Sequence record: DRR378314_197 | Length of the DNA stretch: 64,000 nt | Reading direction: 5' to 3' (one strand) | In this document: positions 22,218 to 41,271 of the stretch, in pieces | Layout of the letters: each line of letters opens with the position of its first letter | Position numbering within the stretch: position 1 is the first letter of the stretch | Translations under genes and position numbers: made by a program | Notes under the pieces: model-generated | Seen by the model: only the letters and a program-made list of their open reading frames with translations | The model's database searches: none | Told to the model about the DNA's origin: nothing

Positions 22218-23731
22218 TGTCGGTACCCGTCGTATGGACCGTCGCTGGTTCTGACAGCGGCGGTGGCGCAGGAATTCAGGCGGACTTGCACACGCTCCGT
22301 AGTCTGAACGTGCATGGCTGCAGTGTCATAACCACAGTAACAGCGCAGAATTCGGTTGAAACCACCGGGCTATTCCCGTTAGCTGCTGACGCCATTCGTC
22401 AGCAGTTGGAATGCCTGCAACAGGACATGCCGCCTGCTGCGATAAAAATTGGTTTGCTCAGCAACAGACAGCAGCTACAGGCGGTGGCTGAATTTCTTAA
22501 TCAATGGCCTGTGACCCTGGCCCGGCCTTTTGTGGTCTGGGATCCAGTGGTTGTCAGCACTCAGCAGGATCAGTTGTCTGAACTCAAACCAGAACATTGC
22601 GCGGAGTTATTCCCGCTGGTTGATATTATGACACCGAATTTGGGTGAACTCAGTTGGTTGAGCGGATTAGAGGTTACTGATGAGAACTCAATGTATCGCG
22701 CTGCAGAACAACTCTTTCAGGCCGGACTGTCCCGAATTCTGGTAACAGGCACCGATTTTGGTCGCGCCGATGAAATCTCTGACTATTACCTTAGCTCCGA
22801 TGGACATACCCAGTACATTCAGCAGAAGTTGAGAACAAAACACAGCCACGGAACAGGCTGCACCTTGTCTTCAGCCATTGCCGCGGCGTTAGCACATGAC
22901 TATCCACTTGAGGACGCCATAACAGTCGCTAATGCCTACGTGCATCAGGGCCTGATTGAGGCGAAAGGTATAGGCAGAGGTCCAGGCCCTGTTGCTCATA
23001 CACACTGGCCACAGCAAATTGACCATTTTCCAAAGATTAATACGCCGGAGTTGCCCTGTGTTGACCTCCAGTTTCCCAGTCTAGACCAGGAACCCGGATT
23101 GTATCCGGTAGTGGATTCTTACGAGTGGATAGAAAAGCTCTTAAAACTGGGCATTAAGACACTGCAACTGCGTATTAAAGATCCTGATGCTCCTCAGTTG
23201 GAAACCGCTATTAAAAAAAGCATTCAGCTGGCAGAGAAATATTCAGCGCAGTTGTTTATTAATGACCACTGGCAACTGGCTATTAAGCACAACGCTTATG
23301 GCGTGCATTTAGGTCAGGAAGACTTAACCGAGGCTAACCTTCACGCTATTCAGCAAGCAGGGTTGAGGTTGGGCATTTCCACTCACAGCTACACCGAGTT
23401 ATTAATTGCTCAAGCGTACAAGCCATCTTACATCGCGTTAGGTCATATTTTCCCAACTCAAACCAAGACTATGCCATCCAAACCGCAAGGGCTGCAGCGA
23501 CTACGCCGCTATGCCGCGTTATTAGCGCCAACGAACATACCGACAGTCGCTATTGGGGGCATTTCTTTAGAGCGCGTAGCTCCCGTAACAGCTACTGGCG
23601 TAAACGGAATAGCGGTTGTTAGCGCGATTACTGCTGCCAGAAACGTAGAGCAGGCTGTTCATCAGCTACTAACGGAGATGGAAGCTGAACTCGAGGTTAA
23701 AGAAAAGAACGAGGTTGCTCATGCTGAGTAA
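22217..23731 (+). CDS. thiDE: Fused HMP-P kinase / thiamine-phosphate synthase (ThiD-ThiE)
   Basis: N-terminal [14 protein letters not shown] and [10 protein letters not shown]-terminal QLRIK, INDHW, HLGQED and AIGGI. Confidence 0.93.
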
Positions 23732-24479
23732 CGAACAACTTCTGCGTTACAGCAGCAACATACTGATGAAAGAAATTGGCGAAACCGGACAACAGCGTTT
23801 GCTCAAAAGTCATGTGCTGATTATTGGCTTGGGTGGTCTCGGTTGTCCTGCCAGCCAATATCTGGCGTCATCGGGCGTTGGGCAAATCACACTGGTCGAT
23901 CACGACACAATAAGTCTCAGCAACTTACAGCGCCAAACACTCTATTCCAGCGACGATATTGGTTTGTCCAAGGCGTGGCAAGCTGGTCATTCTTTGTCGC
24001 GGTTAAACCCGGACATTCGTATCACCGCTATTGAAGAAAAGGCCTATGAAGGCAATCTGGACGCGCTCGCCGAACAAGCCGATTTAGTCCTCGACTGCAC
24101 CGACAATCGCGAGACCCGGTACCTGATCAACCAAAACTGCTACCGCCTGAACACCCCGCTCATTTCTGCTGCGGCGCGCGGCTTTAACGGGCAACTCATC
24201 GCGTTAAATCCGGGGCAATCGCACGGCTGTTATCAGTGCCTTTATCCCGACGCTGTTACCGAGCCACTGAACTGCAGTAACGCGGGTATAGCCGCTCCTG
24301 TTGTGGGCATTATGGGATCCAGTCAGGCGCTACTGGCAATTAATTATTTTACCGGACATAAGCTTGCCTGGGGTTACCTGCAAACCTTCAATGGCTTATC
24401 GCAAAACTGGCAACAACTCTATTTACCGCGGGCCGCTTCATGCCCTGTATGCGGAGGTCAAAATGCGCATTCAAATTAA
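23721..24479 (+). CDS. thiF: Sulfur-carrier adenylyltransferase ThiF (HesA/MoeB family)
   Basis: GLGGLG, SNLQRQ, DCTDN, CYQC and CPVC motifs; in the thi operon. Confidence 0.92.
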   Translation: MLSNEQLLRYSSNILMKEIGETGQQRLLKSHVLIIGLGGLGCPASQYLASSGVGQITLVDHDTISLSNLQRQTLYSSDDIGLSKAWQAGHSLSRLNPDIRITAIEEKAYEGNLDALAEQADLVLDCTDNRETRYLINQNCYRLNTPLISAAARGFNGQLIALNPGQSHGCYQCLYPDAVTEPLNCSNAGIAAPVVGIMGSSQALLAINYFTGHKLAWGYLQTFNGLSQNWQQLYLPRAASCPVCGGQNAHSN

Positions 24480-24663
24480 TGACAAAGATTTTGAGATCAC
24501 TGAAAAAACCAACTTATCGCAGCTACTGTCTGCTCAGAACGTCGATACCTCGGCCGTTGCCGTCGCCTTAAACGGACAGATTATACACCGCGAGCAATGG
24601 CAACAGACTGAGCTTAAAGACAACGATACCATTACACTTGTTCAAGCAGTGGCCGGAGGTTAA
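24463..24663 (+). CDS. thiS: Sulfur carrier protein ThiS
   Basis: 66 aa, MRIQIND...AVALN...AVAGG with C-terminal GG. Confidence 0.95.
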   Translation: MRIQINDKDFEITEKTNLSQLLSAQNVDTSAVAVALNGQIIHREQWQQTELKDNDTITLVQAVAGG

Positions 24664-24666
24664 ACC

Positions 24667-25437
24667 ATGCTGAGAATAGCCGATCGAGATTTTCATTCCC
24701 GCTTATTCATAGGCTCTGGCAAATACAGTAGCGCGGATATTATGCAGAAGTCCCTTGCGGCTTCCGGTAGCGAGTTAGTAACGCTGGCATTAAAGCGCGT
24801 TGAACTTGAGCGCCCCACTGACGACATTGTCACGCCTATACAAAACTTAGGTTTACAGCTTTTGCCAAATACCTCCGGTGCAAAAACTGCACGAGACGCT
24901 ATTTTTGCTGCACGTCTTGCCCGTGAAGCTTTAGGTACCCATTGGCTTAAACTCGAAATACACCCCGACCCCAACTATTTACTGCCGGATCCGATAGAAA
25001 CCTTAAAAGCTGCTGAAGCTTTGGTAAAAGAGGGCTTTACTGTACTGCCCTACTGCGGCGCTGATCCGGTCTTGTGCAAACGCTTAGAGGAAGCTGGCTG
25101 CGCAGCTGTAATGCCGTTAGGTGCGCCCATAGGTTCAAACCAGGGGTTGTTAACACGGGATTTTCTTCGGATTATTATAGAGCAGGCATCGGTACCCGTC
25201 ATTGTCGATGCGGGCATTGGCGCGCCAAGCCACGCTGTTGAAGCTATGGAAATGGGCGCAGACGCTGTGCTGGTGAATACCGCCATAGCCACTGCAAACG
25301 ACCCCGTCGCTATGTCAAAAACCTTTCGCGATGCGGTTATTGTTGGGCGTCAGGCCTTTGAAGCAGGCTTAAGTCAAAACGCTTCGCTAAAAGCGTCCGC
25401 ATCCAGCCCGTTAACGGAGTTTCTGGAGTCGCTATGA
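24667..25437 (+). CDS. thiG: Thiazole synthase ThiG
   Basis: [21 protein letters not shown] and DAGIG motifs. Confidence 0.98.
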   Translation: MLRIADRDFHSRLFIGSGKYSSADIMQKSLAASGSELVTLALKRVELERPTDDIVTPIQNLGLQLLPNTSGAKTARDAIFAARLAREALGTHWLKLEIHPDPNYLLPDPIETLKAAEALVKEGFTVLPYCGADPVLCKRLEEAGCAAVMPLGAPIGSNQGLLTRDFLRIIIEQASVPVIVDAGIGAPSHAVEAMEMGADAVLVNTAIATANDPVAMSKTFRDAVIVGRQAFEAGLSQNASLKASASSPLTEFLESL

Positions 25438-26526
25438 GCTTTTATACTACCTGGGAGCAGACCAGCTGGGATGATACCCGCCTGCAGCTTTACAGTAAAA
25501 ACGCGGCTGACGTTGAAACCGCATTAAGCAAGCAGTTCCTGGATACCAGTGATTTCATGGCCTTACTGTCGCCGGCGGCGGAATCCTATCTACCCCTTAT
25601 GGCAGAGCGCTCACAACAACTGACCCGGCAGCGCTTTGGTAATACCCTGCACCTGTTTATTCCGCTGTATTTGTCGAATCTATGTGCTAACGATTGCAGC
25701 TACTGCGGCTTTTCCATGAGTAACCGCTTAAAGCGCAAAACCTTGTCACCAACTGAAATCGAGCAGGAATGTCAGGCCATAAAAGCCAAAGGTTTTGATA
25801 CCCTACTGATAGTGACTGGCGAGCATGAAACCAAGGTAGGTATTGATTATTTTCGTCAGGCGCTACCTATTATCAAACGCTATTTCAGCTATGTCATGTT
25901 TGAAGTGCAGCCATTGGCTACCCATGAATACGCTGAATTACGCACGCTGGGTCTGGACGCAGTTATGGTGTATCAGGAAACTTATCAGGCCGCCACGTAT
26001 GCTAAACATCACTTAAAAGGCAAAAAACGCGATTTCCGCTGGCGGCTTGAAACGCCCGACCGCCTAGGCGAATGCGGTATAGATAAAATTGGCCTGGGCT
26101 CGCTGATTGGACTGGAGGACTGGCGTATCGACAGCACCTTTACCGCCATGCATCTGGATTATTTACGGCGACGCTACTGGCGCAGTCGTTATTCGCTGTC
26201 GTTTCCCCGGCTACGGCCCTGTGCCGGTGGTGTCGATAACGCAAGGACAATTTCTGATAAACAACTGGTTCAGTTAATTTGCGCCTATCGGTTGCGGTTC
26301 CCCGATGTAGAACTCAGCCTTTCCACGCGCGAACAGCAGGCGCTTCGTGATGGATTGTTCCGGTTAGGTGTGACCTCGGTCAGTGCCGAATCGAAAACTC
26401 AGCCCGGCGGTTACGCCAACGAGCAACAAGAGCTGGAACAGTTTTCCATAGATGACGACAGGCCAGTAAGTGAAGTGGCGCAGGCAATAAAAGCGAAAGG
26501 ATTACAACCGGTATGGCAAGACTGGC

Positions 26527-28474
<1,948 letters not shown>

Positions 28475-28489
28475 TCATTAGCCGGGTTA

Positions 28490-30142
<1,653 letters not shown>

Positions 30143-30286
30143 TCAGGTCAAATTTGGGATTGCATTCAGACGGGAAAGTAGTATACCGAAAGACGACCCT
30201 AACAACAAATAAAAAGCACGCCACCTGTCTCCAACCAAGCACTTTTGCTAGTATAGCGCCAGCTAAAACCTATTCGGAGTTACTTT

Positions 30287-30922
30287 ATGTCATCCTGCTG
30301 TAGCACCACCGCACAACAACACATCGACAAAGCACAAAAGAAATTATTATGGGCCGTACTGGTTCTTAACGGAGTCATGTTTTTCGTTGAATTTATTGCG
30401 GGTTGGTTAGCAGAGTCCAGTGGGCTTATTGCCGACTCGTTAGATATGCTGGCGGATACTCTGGTTTATGCAGTTAGTTTGTATGCTGTTGGTAAAGCCA
30501 TAAAATACAAAGCCAACGCCGCCATTCTTAACGGCACACTGCAAACCGTGCTGGCACTTGTGGTTTTGGGAGATGTATTACAACGTTTAATTTTTGGCAG
30601 CCAGCCTAACGCCAACATGATGCTCTGGGTTGCCCTGCTCGCTCTTGCCGTTAATATCGCTTGTTTCGCTTTGCTGTACAGCTCGCGCAATGGCGATATT
30701 AACATTCGTGCCAGCTGGATATGCTCGCGCAACGACATGATAATGAACGGCGGGGTAATTCTCTCAGCTCTGCTGGTTGCTAAGCTTAATATGGCCTGGC
30801 CGGACTTAGTCATAGCCACAGTCATTGCTTTAATTGTGCTGCGCTCTGCAATACGCATTATTCGCGATGCGCGAGCAGTAAAAACGGGTGAGAAAACTGA
30901 CATTTCGGGGTGCTGTGGCTAA
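30287..30922 (+). CDS. Cation diffusion facilitator (CzcD-like, short form)
   Basis: LIADSLDMLAD and WICSRND motifs; six TM segments; CC at both termini. Confidence 0.9.
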   Translation: MSSCCSTTAQQHIDKAQKKLLWAVLVLNGVMFFVEFIAGWLAESSGLIADSLDMLADTLVYAVSLYAVGKAIKYKANAAILNGTLQTVLALVVLGDVLQRLIFGSQPNANMMLWVALLALAVNIACFALLYSSRNGDINIRASWICSRNDMIMNGGVILSALLVAKLNMAWPDLVIATVIALIVLRSAIRIIRDARAVKTGEKTDISGCCG

Positions 30923-31275
30923 CGTTCAGCGAGTTCCCGCCAGTGGGATAAGTGATTTCTTCGCGCACTGATGCGGTAGTAACACGCCATAAAAAGGCCA
31001 AATAACACCCCGGCTAATAACGAAGCTGCAATAGTCGCCGGGAAAGAAAGAGCGGTTGAGTTCCAGACAAAAAACCACATAATTAAGCCCCAGCCAATAG
31101 CAAAAAGAGAACCGAAACTCAGAGCATTACGCATAAAGCTATTATAATGCGGTGGTCTTGTTTTTTTACCTAACCACCACATAAACAATAAGAACGGCGG
31201 CTCATAGTTAGGCCGCCAGATTTTGGAGTTTTCAAGTTCAGCCAGTGCGGCCTGCTTTTTTGCTTCAAAAGACAT
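30919..31275 (-). CDS. DUF6404-like small membrane protein
   Basis: NYEPP..LWWLG...RPPHY, two TM segments, C-terminal LSHW. Confidence 0.75.
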   Translation of the reverse strand: MSFEAKKQAALAELENSKIWRPNYEPPFLLFMWWLGKKTRPPHYNSFMRNALSFGSLFAIGWGLIMWFFVWNSTALSFPATIAASLLAGVLFGLFMACYYRISARRNHLSHWRELAER

Positions 31276-31305
31276 ATTAAAAGTAGCCCTCTGTCAGTTT
31301 CTCTT

Positions 31306-31770
31306 TTATTCAGATTTAAACTCAAAAGGTCCTTTCGATTCGCTGCGAACCACTACAGTACCGGCTAATATATCGTGCCAGCCCTGCTTTTTGTCGCTAA
31401 AACCTATCCAGAAGAAGCCTAGAAAAACCGGAAGGATAGAGAGAATATAAGCAAAATAACGGCCGATGGCTTTCCCTATACTCAGGGTCCCCCCAGTATG
31501 CTCATCCACTACCCGTAATTTCAATATCATTTTACCGGGTGTTCCTAAGAACTTAATCCAGAAAAAGATAGTCAGTATGGCCGGTATAACGTAGTTAATC
31601 AGTACGTCCCAGAAGCCGTATATCAGCTTTTCACCTTGCCAGTACTCCTGACCGTAGATAAATCCAACGGGTATTGAAAACAAAATCACCAAGATAACAA
31701 CGTCAATTAACATCGCTGCAAAGCGAATTCGAAACCCGGCGTACTTAGCGTATTCTTTTTTATCTTCCAT
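31306..31770 (-). CDS. RDD family membrane protein
   Basis: YAGFRIRFAAMLID, TPGK and QGWHDILAGT motifs. Confidence 0.92.
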   Translation of the reverse strand: MEDKKEYAKYAGFRIRFAAMLIDVVILVILFSIPVGFIYGQEYWQGEKLIYGFWDVLINYVIPAILTIFFWIKFLGTPGKMILKLRVVDEHTGGTLSIGKAIGRYFAYILSILPVFLGFFWIGFSDKKQGWHDILAGTVVVRSESKGPFEFKSE

Positions 31771-31807
31771 TATTGTCCCTTTCCAATCCGTTTTTAATTA
31801 TCGAGGC

Positions 31808-32044
31808 TTAATCATCAAACCGTTTTAGATAATGAAAAAGAACATATGTCCAAATAACAGCTGCGGGTATCAGACTAAAAGCAAGTTTAGGGTACACTTC
31901 AGAATTGCCGGTAAACTCAACCATACTTATTGCCAACCCTAGCCCCACACCGAAAAGTAAACTTAGAACGGAAAATAAAATGGTAAAGGCTTTGCGGTCG
32001 AATTTAGTTTCGCTAGCAGCTAATGCCTTCGCGCCTGAGTTCAT
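31808..32044 (-). CDS. Small two-TM hypothetical protein
   Basis: AAGGA RBS plus ATG; two hydrophobic segments. Confidence 0.6.
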   Translation of the reverse strand: MNSGAKALAASETKFDRKAFTILFSVLSLLFGVGLGLAISMVEFTGNSEVYPKLAFSLIPAAVIWTYVLFHYLKRFDD

Positions 32045-32132
32045 GGTGTTTCCTTAATAGTCGCTTATAATCGGAACTTGATGTTTCAAGCATGTTAATA
32101 AAGTTAAACTTGCTTGTTAAGGGTAAATCAAT

Positions 32133-32161
32133 AAAAAAGCGCGTTCGAGGTGAACGCGCTT
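32133..32161 (-). terminator. Intrinsic terminator after czcA
   Basis: AAGCGCGTTC-5nt-GAACGCGCTT followed by a T-run on the minus strand. Confidence 0.85.
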
Positions 32162-32181
32162 ATTCGGAAGCATTAATAAAA

Positions 32182-36225
<4,044 letters not shown>

Positions 36226-36229
<4 letters not shown>

Positions 36230-37473
36230 TGCTGTTCTCCTAAAAATGCTTGTCCGGTCATACGTTCCAGCTGAATGACATCGCTGTATATGGCGTGCTC
36301 CCGCGAAATTCTTTGATACTCGAGCTGAGCTAGCTCATTTTGCGCATCCAGCACCTGCAATAGCGAATGCGTACCGCGCACATAGCCCTGGTTCGTTTGT
36401 TCGACCAGTTGCTGTGCCAATGGCAATAGCGTGTCTTTCACTTTTTGTCGGTAGTTTTGGTGGGTTTGCAGGCTGTTTATTAGCGCCAGTGCCAGCGAGC
36501 GCAACTGAGTTCGCACCAGTTTCTGCTGCTGCAGGTTCGATTGATGCAAAACCCGACGCTGCTGAATACGCCCAATATTAGGATCTTGCAGTTGCAATGG
36601 CATCGAAGCTTCAACCACAAAACCGGTATCATCCGACTGATTGTTGTAACGCAAGCCAAATCCGAGACTTAAGTCAGAGGTAGAGTCTGCTTCCAACGCC
36701 TTTGCCTGAGCCTGCAATAAGTGTTCGGAATCTAACAGGCGTAAATATTCAGGCGCTTTATTTACTGCATTTAGAACGTCGGATTGCTTCGGCAACTTTA
36801 AGGGGAAATAAAAAGTCCCCGAAACTTGGTTAAAGTTTGGCTGCTCAGCCCACATTGCGCTGAGCTTTGCCTGCGCTTTAGCCAACTGGCCTTTCAGTTC
36901 CTCTATATCAGCCCGTTGGCTCTCGCGCTGAAGTTGGATACGGGTTACCTCAGAGTTTGGAACCGCGCCGGCATTTGCCCGCTCCTGTGCTGTTTCTAAC
37001 AGACTCTCCGTACGATGGAGTTGCTGCTTGCTAAGGCTAATAAACTCCTGCAACTTGAGTACCTGGTAAAAGCGTTGTGTTGTTTGTGCCAGCACCTCAA
37101 TGCGCTGGTATTCAAACTCGGCCAGTTGCACTTTTTCTTCGGCTGTTGCCGCATTAATGCGCTGCTGGCGTTTCTCTCCTAACTCAATGACCTGAGAGAA
37201 CGATAACGTCATTTGCGCATTATCCAGACCGGAGCTTTCACCAGAGCCAGCAAAGTTTTCAACTTCGAGTCCAACTCTCGGATTAGGTGAAAACTCAGCC
37301 TGCAGAGTCAGTGCCTCGGCGGCCTGCTGTTGGTAATCGTACTTTTGTAAATCGGGGTTACTCTTCAGCGTGCGGTTTAATGCATCACTTAAAGTTAAAT
37401 CTGACGCGGCAGCACTAACCGGAAACACCAATATGGCACCCAGAAAGACCACCACGAAGCTCAAACGCTTCAT
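36226..37473 (-). CDS. czcC: TolC-family outer-membrane efflux protein (CzcC-like)
   Basis: Signal peptide, PNP..GLEVEN, IELGEKR and LLQVLDAQ motifs. Confidence 0.9.
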
Positions 37474-37522
37474 GTTTTTTCTCCAATTGTTCGCTATTTA
37501 AAAATGACGGTAGAAATGGAGA

Positions 37523-37849
37523 TTAAGCGTTTGGTGGGGGAACCGGCGGTTGATGGGCTAAACCCTTATCAAAAATCACAGCGGTAGGTTGAGCTTCGGT
37601 AATAACGGGACAAGCAGAGACACTAATGCCATAACCAGTAATGCAACTAACGTGCGCATGAAACTGGTGGTCGTGCCCCTGCTCAAGATCTAAAGATGAA
37701 GAATTCGGGCTATGTTCCAAACCATGGTTTACATCAAAAACAACATCCACACTGCTGTGGCTTGCGTCTTCCATATGGCCAACCACAGACGCACAGGTAA
37801 AAAAGCTGTGTATCAGGATGACTGTAATGAGTAACCATGAGATTTTCAT
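37523..37849 (-). CDS. Small His-rich exported protein (CzcI-like position)
   Basis: Signal-like N-terminus, HDHQFHAHVSC and C-terminal PPVPPP; directly upstream of czcC. Confidence 0.7.
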   Translation of the reverse strand: MKISWLLITVILIHSFFTCASVVGHMEDASHSSVDVVFDVNHGLEHSPNSSSLDLEQGHDHQFHAHVSCITGYGISVSACPVITEAQPTAVIFDKGLAHQPPVPPPNA

Positions 37850-37916
37850 GCCCGCTACTTTATCGAACTTAAGCCGCGAACGCTAGCGCAGAGCAATAAA
37901 GCTATAAGCCTATAAA

Positions 37917-39887
37917 CTACTTTGCGTTCTGCGTGCCAGTAGAATTCAAGTCAACATCTACGTCATAGTCGATAAATTTAGCCTCCCCCATATACCAAAC
38001 TTCAAAGGTTTCGGGCTCGCCATAAAAATAGTAAACATCTACCGGTGGCTTGTTCCGACCATGAGCATACACAAAAGACTGCCTCGTTATTTCCTTTAGG
38101 TATCCCCTGCTGTCTTTAACAAAAACCTCATTCCGACGACGTTCTTGTTCGTACGCTTTTCTTTTTATCGTTTCACGCGGCTCAAACTCCGCGTAGTCAA
38201 TAATGAGTCGGTTACCTTTTAGACTTACGCCTTGCGGCAATTCGTCTTTAGCATAGCTTTCTTTCGTCAGATTAGGTGCGATAAGCACCGGAAGCGCAGC
38301 TTTAAAGCGAGCAGGTTTAGTTGTGAACCTTTTTGGATAATAATCAATACTGTGCGCTTTAAAGTCATAAGCAAATTCAATGCTCTCTAAGTCCGTGCTT
38401 TCGAGGTTCCCACTTTTCTTTAACTCAACTTCAGCGGCATCCTGCACTGGCTCATTATTTTCATCAAAGAACTTATGACCGGCCATTGCAGATGCCGCCA
38501 CCCGGTTGCCACTTTCAATAAATACATCACTTTGTACATTGGGGTAAAACCACCTTATAACTCCAGGAGTTTCAACATCCTGTTTTTTCGGGTCGTCGAG
38601 CTCATATCCCCGGAAATGTAGTAATGTCATTAAATCTGAAATTTCTTGTGCATTTAATTCGGTACGGGATGCTGTAACAGGCAGACGATCATTGTAAACC
38701 GGAGCCGTTAGCCCGAGCTCTGGTATATCACTCAGGCTGATCTCATAAGTCCGGGAATATGGCAGGTCAAGCACAGGAAGCTCTAACTCACGTTCCACTT
38801 TTTGGCTTTCTTCACCGTACACTAATAGCGTTAACAACCCTTTGTCTACTTGTCCGTTAAAGGCCCTGCCTAAGTATATTTTACCAGCGCGCGCCTCTTT
38901 ACTGTCTTTTTGCCAGGCATCAAATTCTTTTTTTACAGCTTCTAAATCGATATTTCCCTGTTTAGCCTTTTCTATCACCTCTTCCAGCAGGTCGTTTTCC
39001 TGATAAACTTCAGACATAGGCCGACGTCGAGTTGACCGCCAGGCAAGATAATCCCCATTGGCTGTAACGGCCTCAGCAAGAACATCTTCATTCCCAAACA
39101 ATTTAGCGGGGGCAGTGCCGTCTTCAGTACTAATTTCAACTACGTAATAGTCTTCCCCAAACTCCAGCACGTTAATTAAAAAGCCGTCCCGCTCCAGAGT
39201 TTCTCCAACATCTTCAGCGCTGAGTTCAAATGTAATTATCTGTTCTGGCAACTCTGCATAAAACTCTCCCTTTACAGCAACGGGTCTGGGGGACTTCTCA
39301 TCGCGTGCCTCGGTGAAACAGAATTCTTCACGTGTATCGACAATATCGCCCAATGCCTGCTTATTATTTGCCATATCAGGAAAGCTCGCATATTCAGGGA
39401 AGCCCTGGGTATCCCCGTTGTCGAAAACCATATTGTTGTATGTCAGACTGTAACGAAACGGAAACTCAAAGCCAGGCTTCAGAGTAAAACCCTGTTCGTT
39501 TGAATATTGCATGCAAGAGAGGTGTTTCCAACTGTTTACCGCTACCATACTTTGCAAGTACGCTTCGATCATTGCGTCCCTGTCACTGTATTGGTTGAAA
39601 TGGAAAAACTCCGGCTGAGTGTATTCAACTTTTTCTATCCCGGCATAAAAGACAAAAACGTCCATCATCCATTGGAAGTTAGACATTTCCTGACCGTACA
39701 GTGCACGTCCGAGCTCTTCGTCCTCAAGCCCTTTTAATATTTCAAAACGGGCATCGTGAAGTTCATCGCGTTGCTGAATTTGCTCATACACAGTTCGACC
39801 CTCCTGCTTAACTTCCTTGCTGTCTGCACAACCAGCACTCAGCATTGCGCTGACAAAGGCAACACCCAAAACTCTGTATATATTCAC
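37917..39887 (-). CDS. Large hypothetical lipoprotein
   Basis: 656 aa, lipobox LSAGC; no recognised domain. Confidence 0.8.
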   Translation of the reverse strand: MNIYRVLGVAFVSAMLSAGCADSKEVKQEGRTVYEQIQQRDELHDARFEILKGLEDEELGRALYGQEMSNFQWMMDVFVFYAGIEKVEYTQPEFFHFNQYSDRDAMIEAYLQSMVAVNSWKHLSCMQYSNEQGFTLKPGFEFPFRYSLTYNNMVFDNGDTQGFPEYASFPDMANNKQALGDIVDTREEFCFTEARDEKSPRPVAVKGEFYAELPEQIITFELSAEDVGETLERDGFLINVLEFGEDYYVVEISTEDGTAPAKLFGNEDVLAEAVTANGDYLAWRSTRRRPMSEVYQENDLLEEVIEKAKQGNIDLEAVKKEFDAWQKDSKEARAGKIYLGRAFNGQVDKGLLTLLVYGEESQKVERELELPVLDLPYSRTYEISLSDIPELGLTAPVYNDRLPVTASRTELNAQEISDLMTLLHFRGYELDDPKKQDVETPGVIRWFYPNVQSDVFIESGNRVAASAMAGHKFFDENNEPVQDAAEVELKKSGNLESTDLESIEFAYDFKAHSIDYYPKRFTTKPARFKAALPVLIAPNLTKESYAKDELPQGVSLKGNRLIIDYAEFEPRETIKRKAYEQERRRNEVFVKDSRGYLKEITRQSFVYAHGRNKPPVDVYYFYGEPETFEVWYMGEAKFIDYDVDVDLNSTGTQNAK

Positions 39888-39924
39888 TGTTTCCCTACCT
39901 ATTTTTTTGGTACATCTTTGTGTG

Positions 39925-40635
39925 CTACTCGTTTATTTGAAACCACCAGAACAAGTACGGATATTCTTCTAAAGCTTCCGGCGGCGGTTGCTGTAAAAAG
40001 CCATGACCCGGGTCAAGATCAAGCGCCCCGGTTTCCTGAACAATATCTCTAATTGCCTTAATGGATGTATCCGACTTAGCCTCTTCCAGCTGCGCTTCCT
40101 CGTGAAAAGACCATAAATATAAGCCTAATGCGGAATACCACAGGCTGACTAATTCAGGGTTACTCTGCTCTTTTGCCTCAACAATGACTTCTTTTGCCGT
40201 ATCCTGAATAGCCATTTCCACCGGCGGCAATGCATCGTCGCCCGTAAGCAAGCCTGCTTCGACGAATTTCTGCCAGAGCGGTGAGCCGGCATCGCAATAT
40301 AGGTAAGGTGGTTCAATGTAGCCGACGGTGGGGTTTGTCTCGCCGTTCCACTTTTCTTCAGGGTGAAGTCCAACAAAAGTAAACTCGCGTGCGCTATCGA
40401 AAAAGGCTTTATGCGCGGCGTAGTCAGGGTGTTGAGTGAGTTTAAATTGGTAAACAAAGTTGTGTTTCAACAAAGTGTCAATAACACGAAGATGAGTAAA
40501 ACCAGTATCCCAACATTCCTGAAATTGATAGAGGTTGCAGAATAGCGAGCGCAGTTCCTGGCTCGTCTTTGTTTTCGACTGAGCCAGACAGTTAACCGAC
40601 GACTCAACCAGGTCTTCAAACTCGTGCATCGACAT
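39925..40635 (-). CDS. Hypothetical protein
   Basis: 236-aa ORF with AAGGGA RBS. Confidence 0.75.
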   Translation of the reverse strand: MSMHEFEDLVESSVNCLAQSKTKTSQELRSLFCNLYQFQECWDTGFTHLRVIDTLLKHNFVYQFKLTQHPDYAAHKAFFDSAREFTFVGLHPEEKWNGETNPTVGYIEPPYLYCDAGSPLWQKFVEAGLLTGDDALPPVEMAIQDTAKEVIVEAKEQSNPELVSLWYSALGLYLWSFHEEAQLEEAKSDTSIKAIRDIVQETGALDLDPGHGFLQQPPPEALEEYPYLFWWFQINE

Positions 40636-40831
40636 AAGACATTCCCTTATTAGTAATAGCGCGGCTCTTCACAATACAGCTAACGGAAGAAAACTTACTA
40701 TGCACCTTCCATTGGTACCGTGTTGTCATTTTGTAAACTGAGTTTACCCAACTTAATACCCAGCTCCAATACAGTTGTGGACACCTTTACAGAAACTTAA
40801 CCCTAAGTTTCTGCATAACGGCCTGGAGGAA

Positions 40832-41224
40832 CTAACGTATGCGACGAGCGCCCTCGTCCATTCCGGTCACTCTAAACTTCTTTCCAAGTGGTGCCCTGAC
40901 AACGGGGTTTGATATCAATTCATCACCACAATAAATTCGCATGGGTAAACCAATATGCTCTTTACTCGCGGCTTTCCATTTACTCAGCGCATGGTCGGCC
41001 ACTTCTATTCTCCATTGAACCGTATTATTGTCGGTAGTTGTATTTAACGAACTAAGGTCAGAACGCTCTAACAGTAAGGTATCCGGGGCTCCCTCACTCT
41101 TTGCTGGTAAATATAAGTTAAAATCACAGTACTTTTCTTTGTCCTCTGCGATCGCAGTATCGTCCGCATACGTGAAAGCACTTACCAATAAAGCAAGAAC
41201 CAGAATGTATTTAAAATTGGTCAA
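40832..41224 (-). CDS. Exported protein with SecDF P1-head-like subdomain
   Basis: Signal peptide; W...SKEHIGLPMRIYCGDELISNPVVRAPL resembles the SecDF P1 head. Confidence 0.55.
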   Translation of the reverse strand: MTNFKYILVLALLVSAFTYADDTAIAEDKEKYCDFNLYLPAKSEGAPDTLLLERSDLSSLNTTTDNNTVQWRIEVADHALSKWKAASKEHIGLPMRIYCGDELISNPVVRAPLGKKFRVTGMDEGARRIR

Positions 41225-41271
41225 GTTTTGTCCCTGTAACTGAGTCGGTAAAAAGTTTTCCAGCTTTCTAA

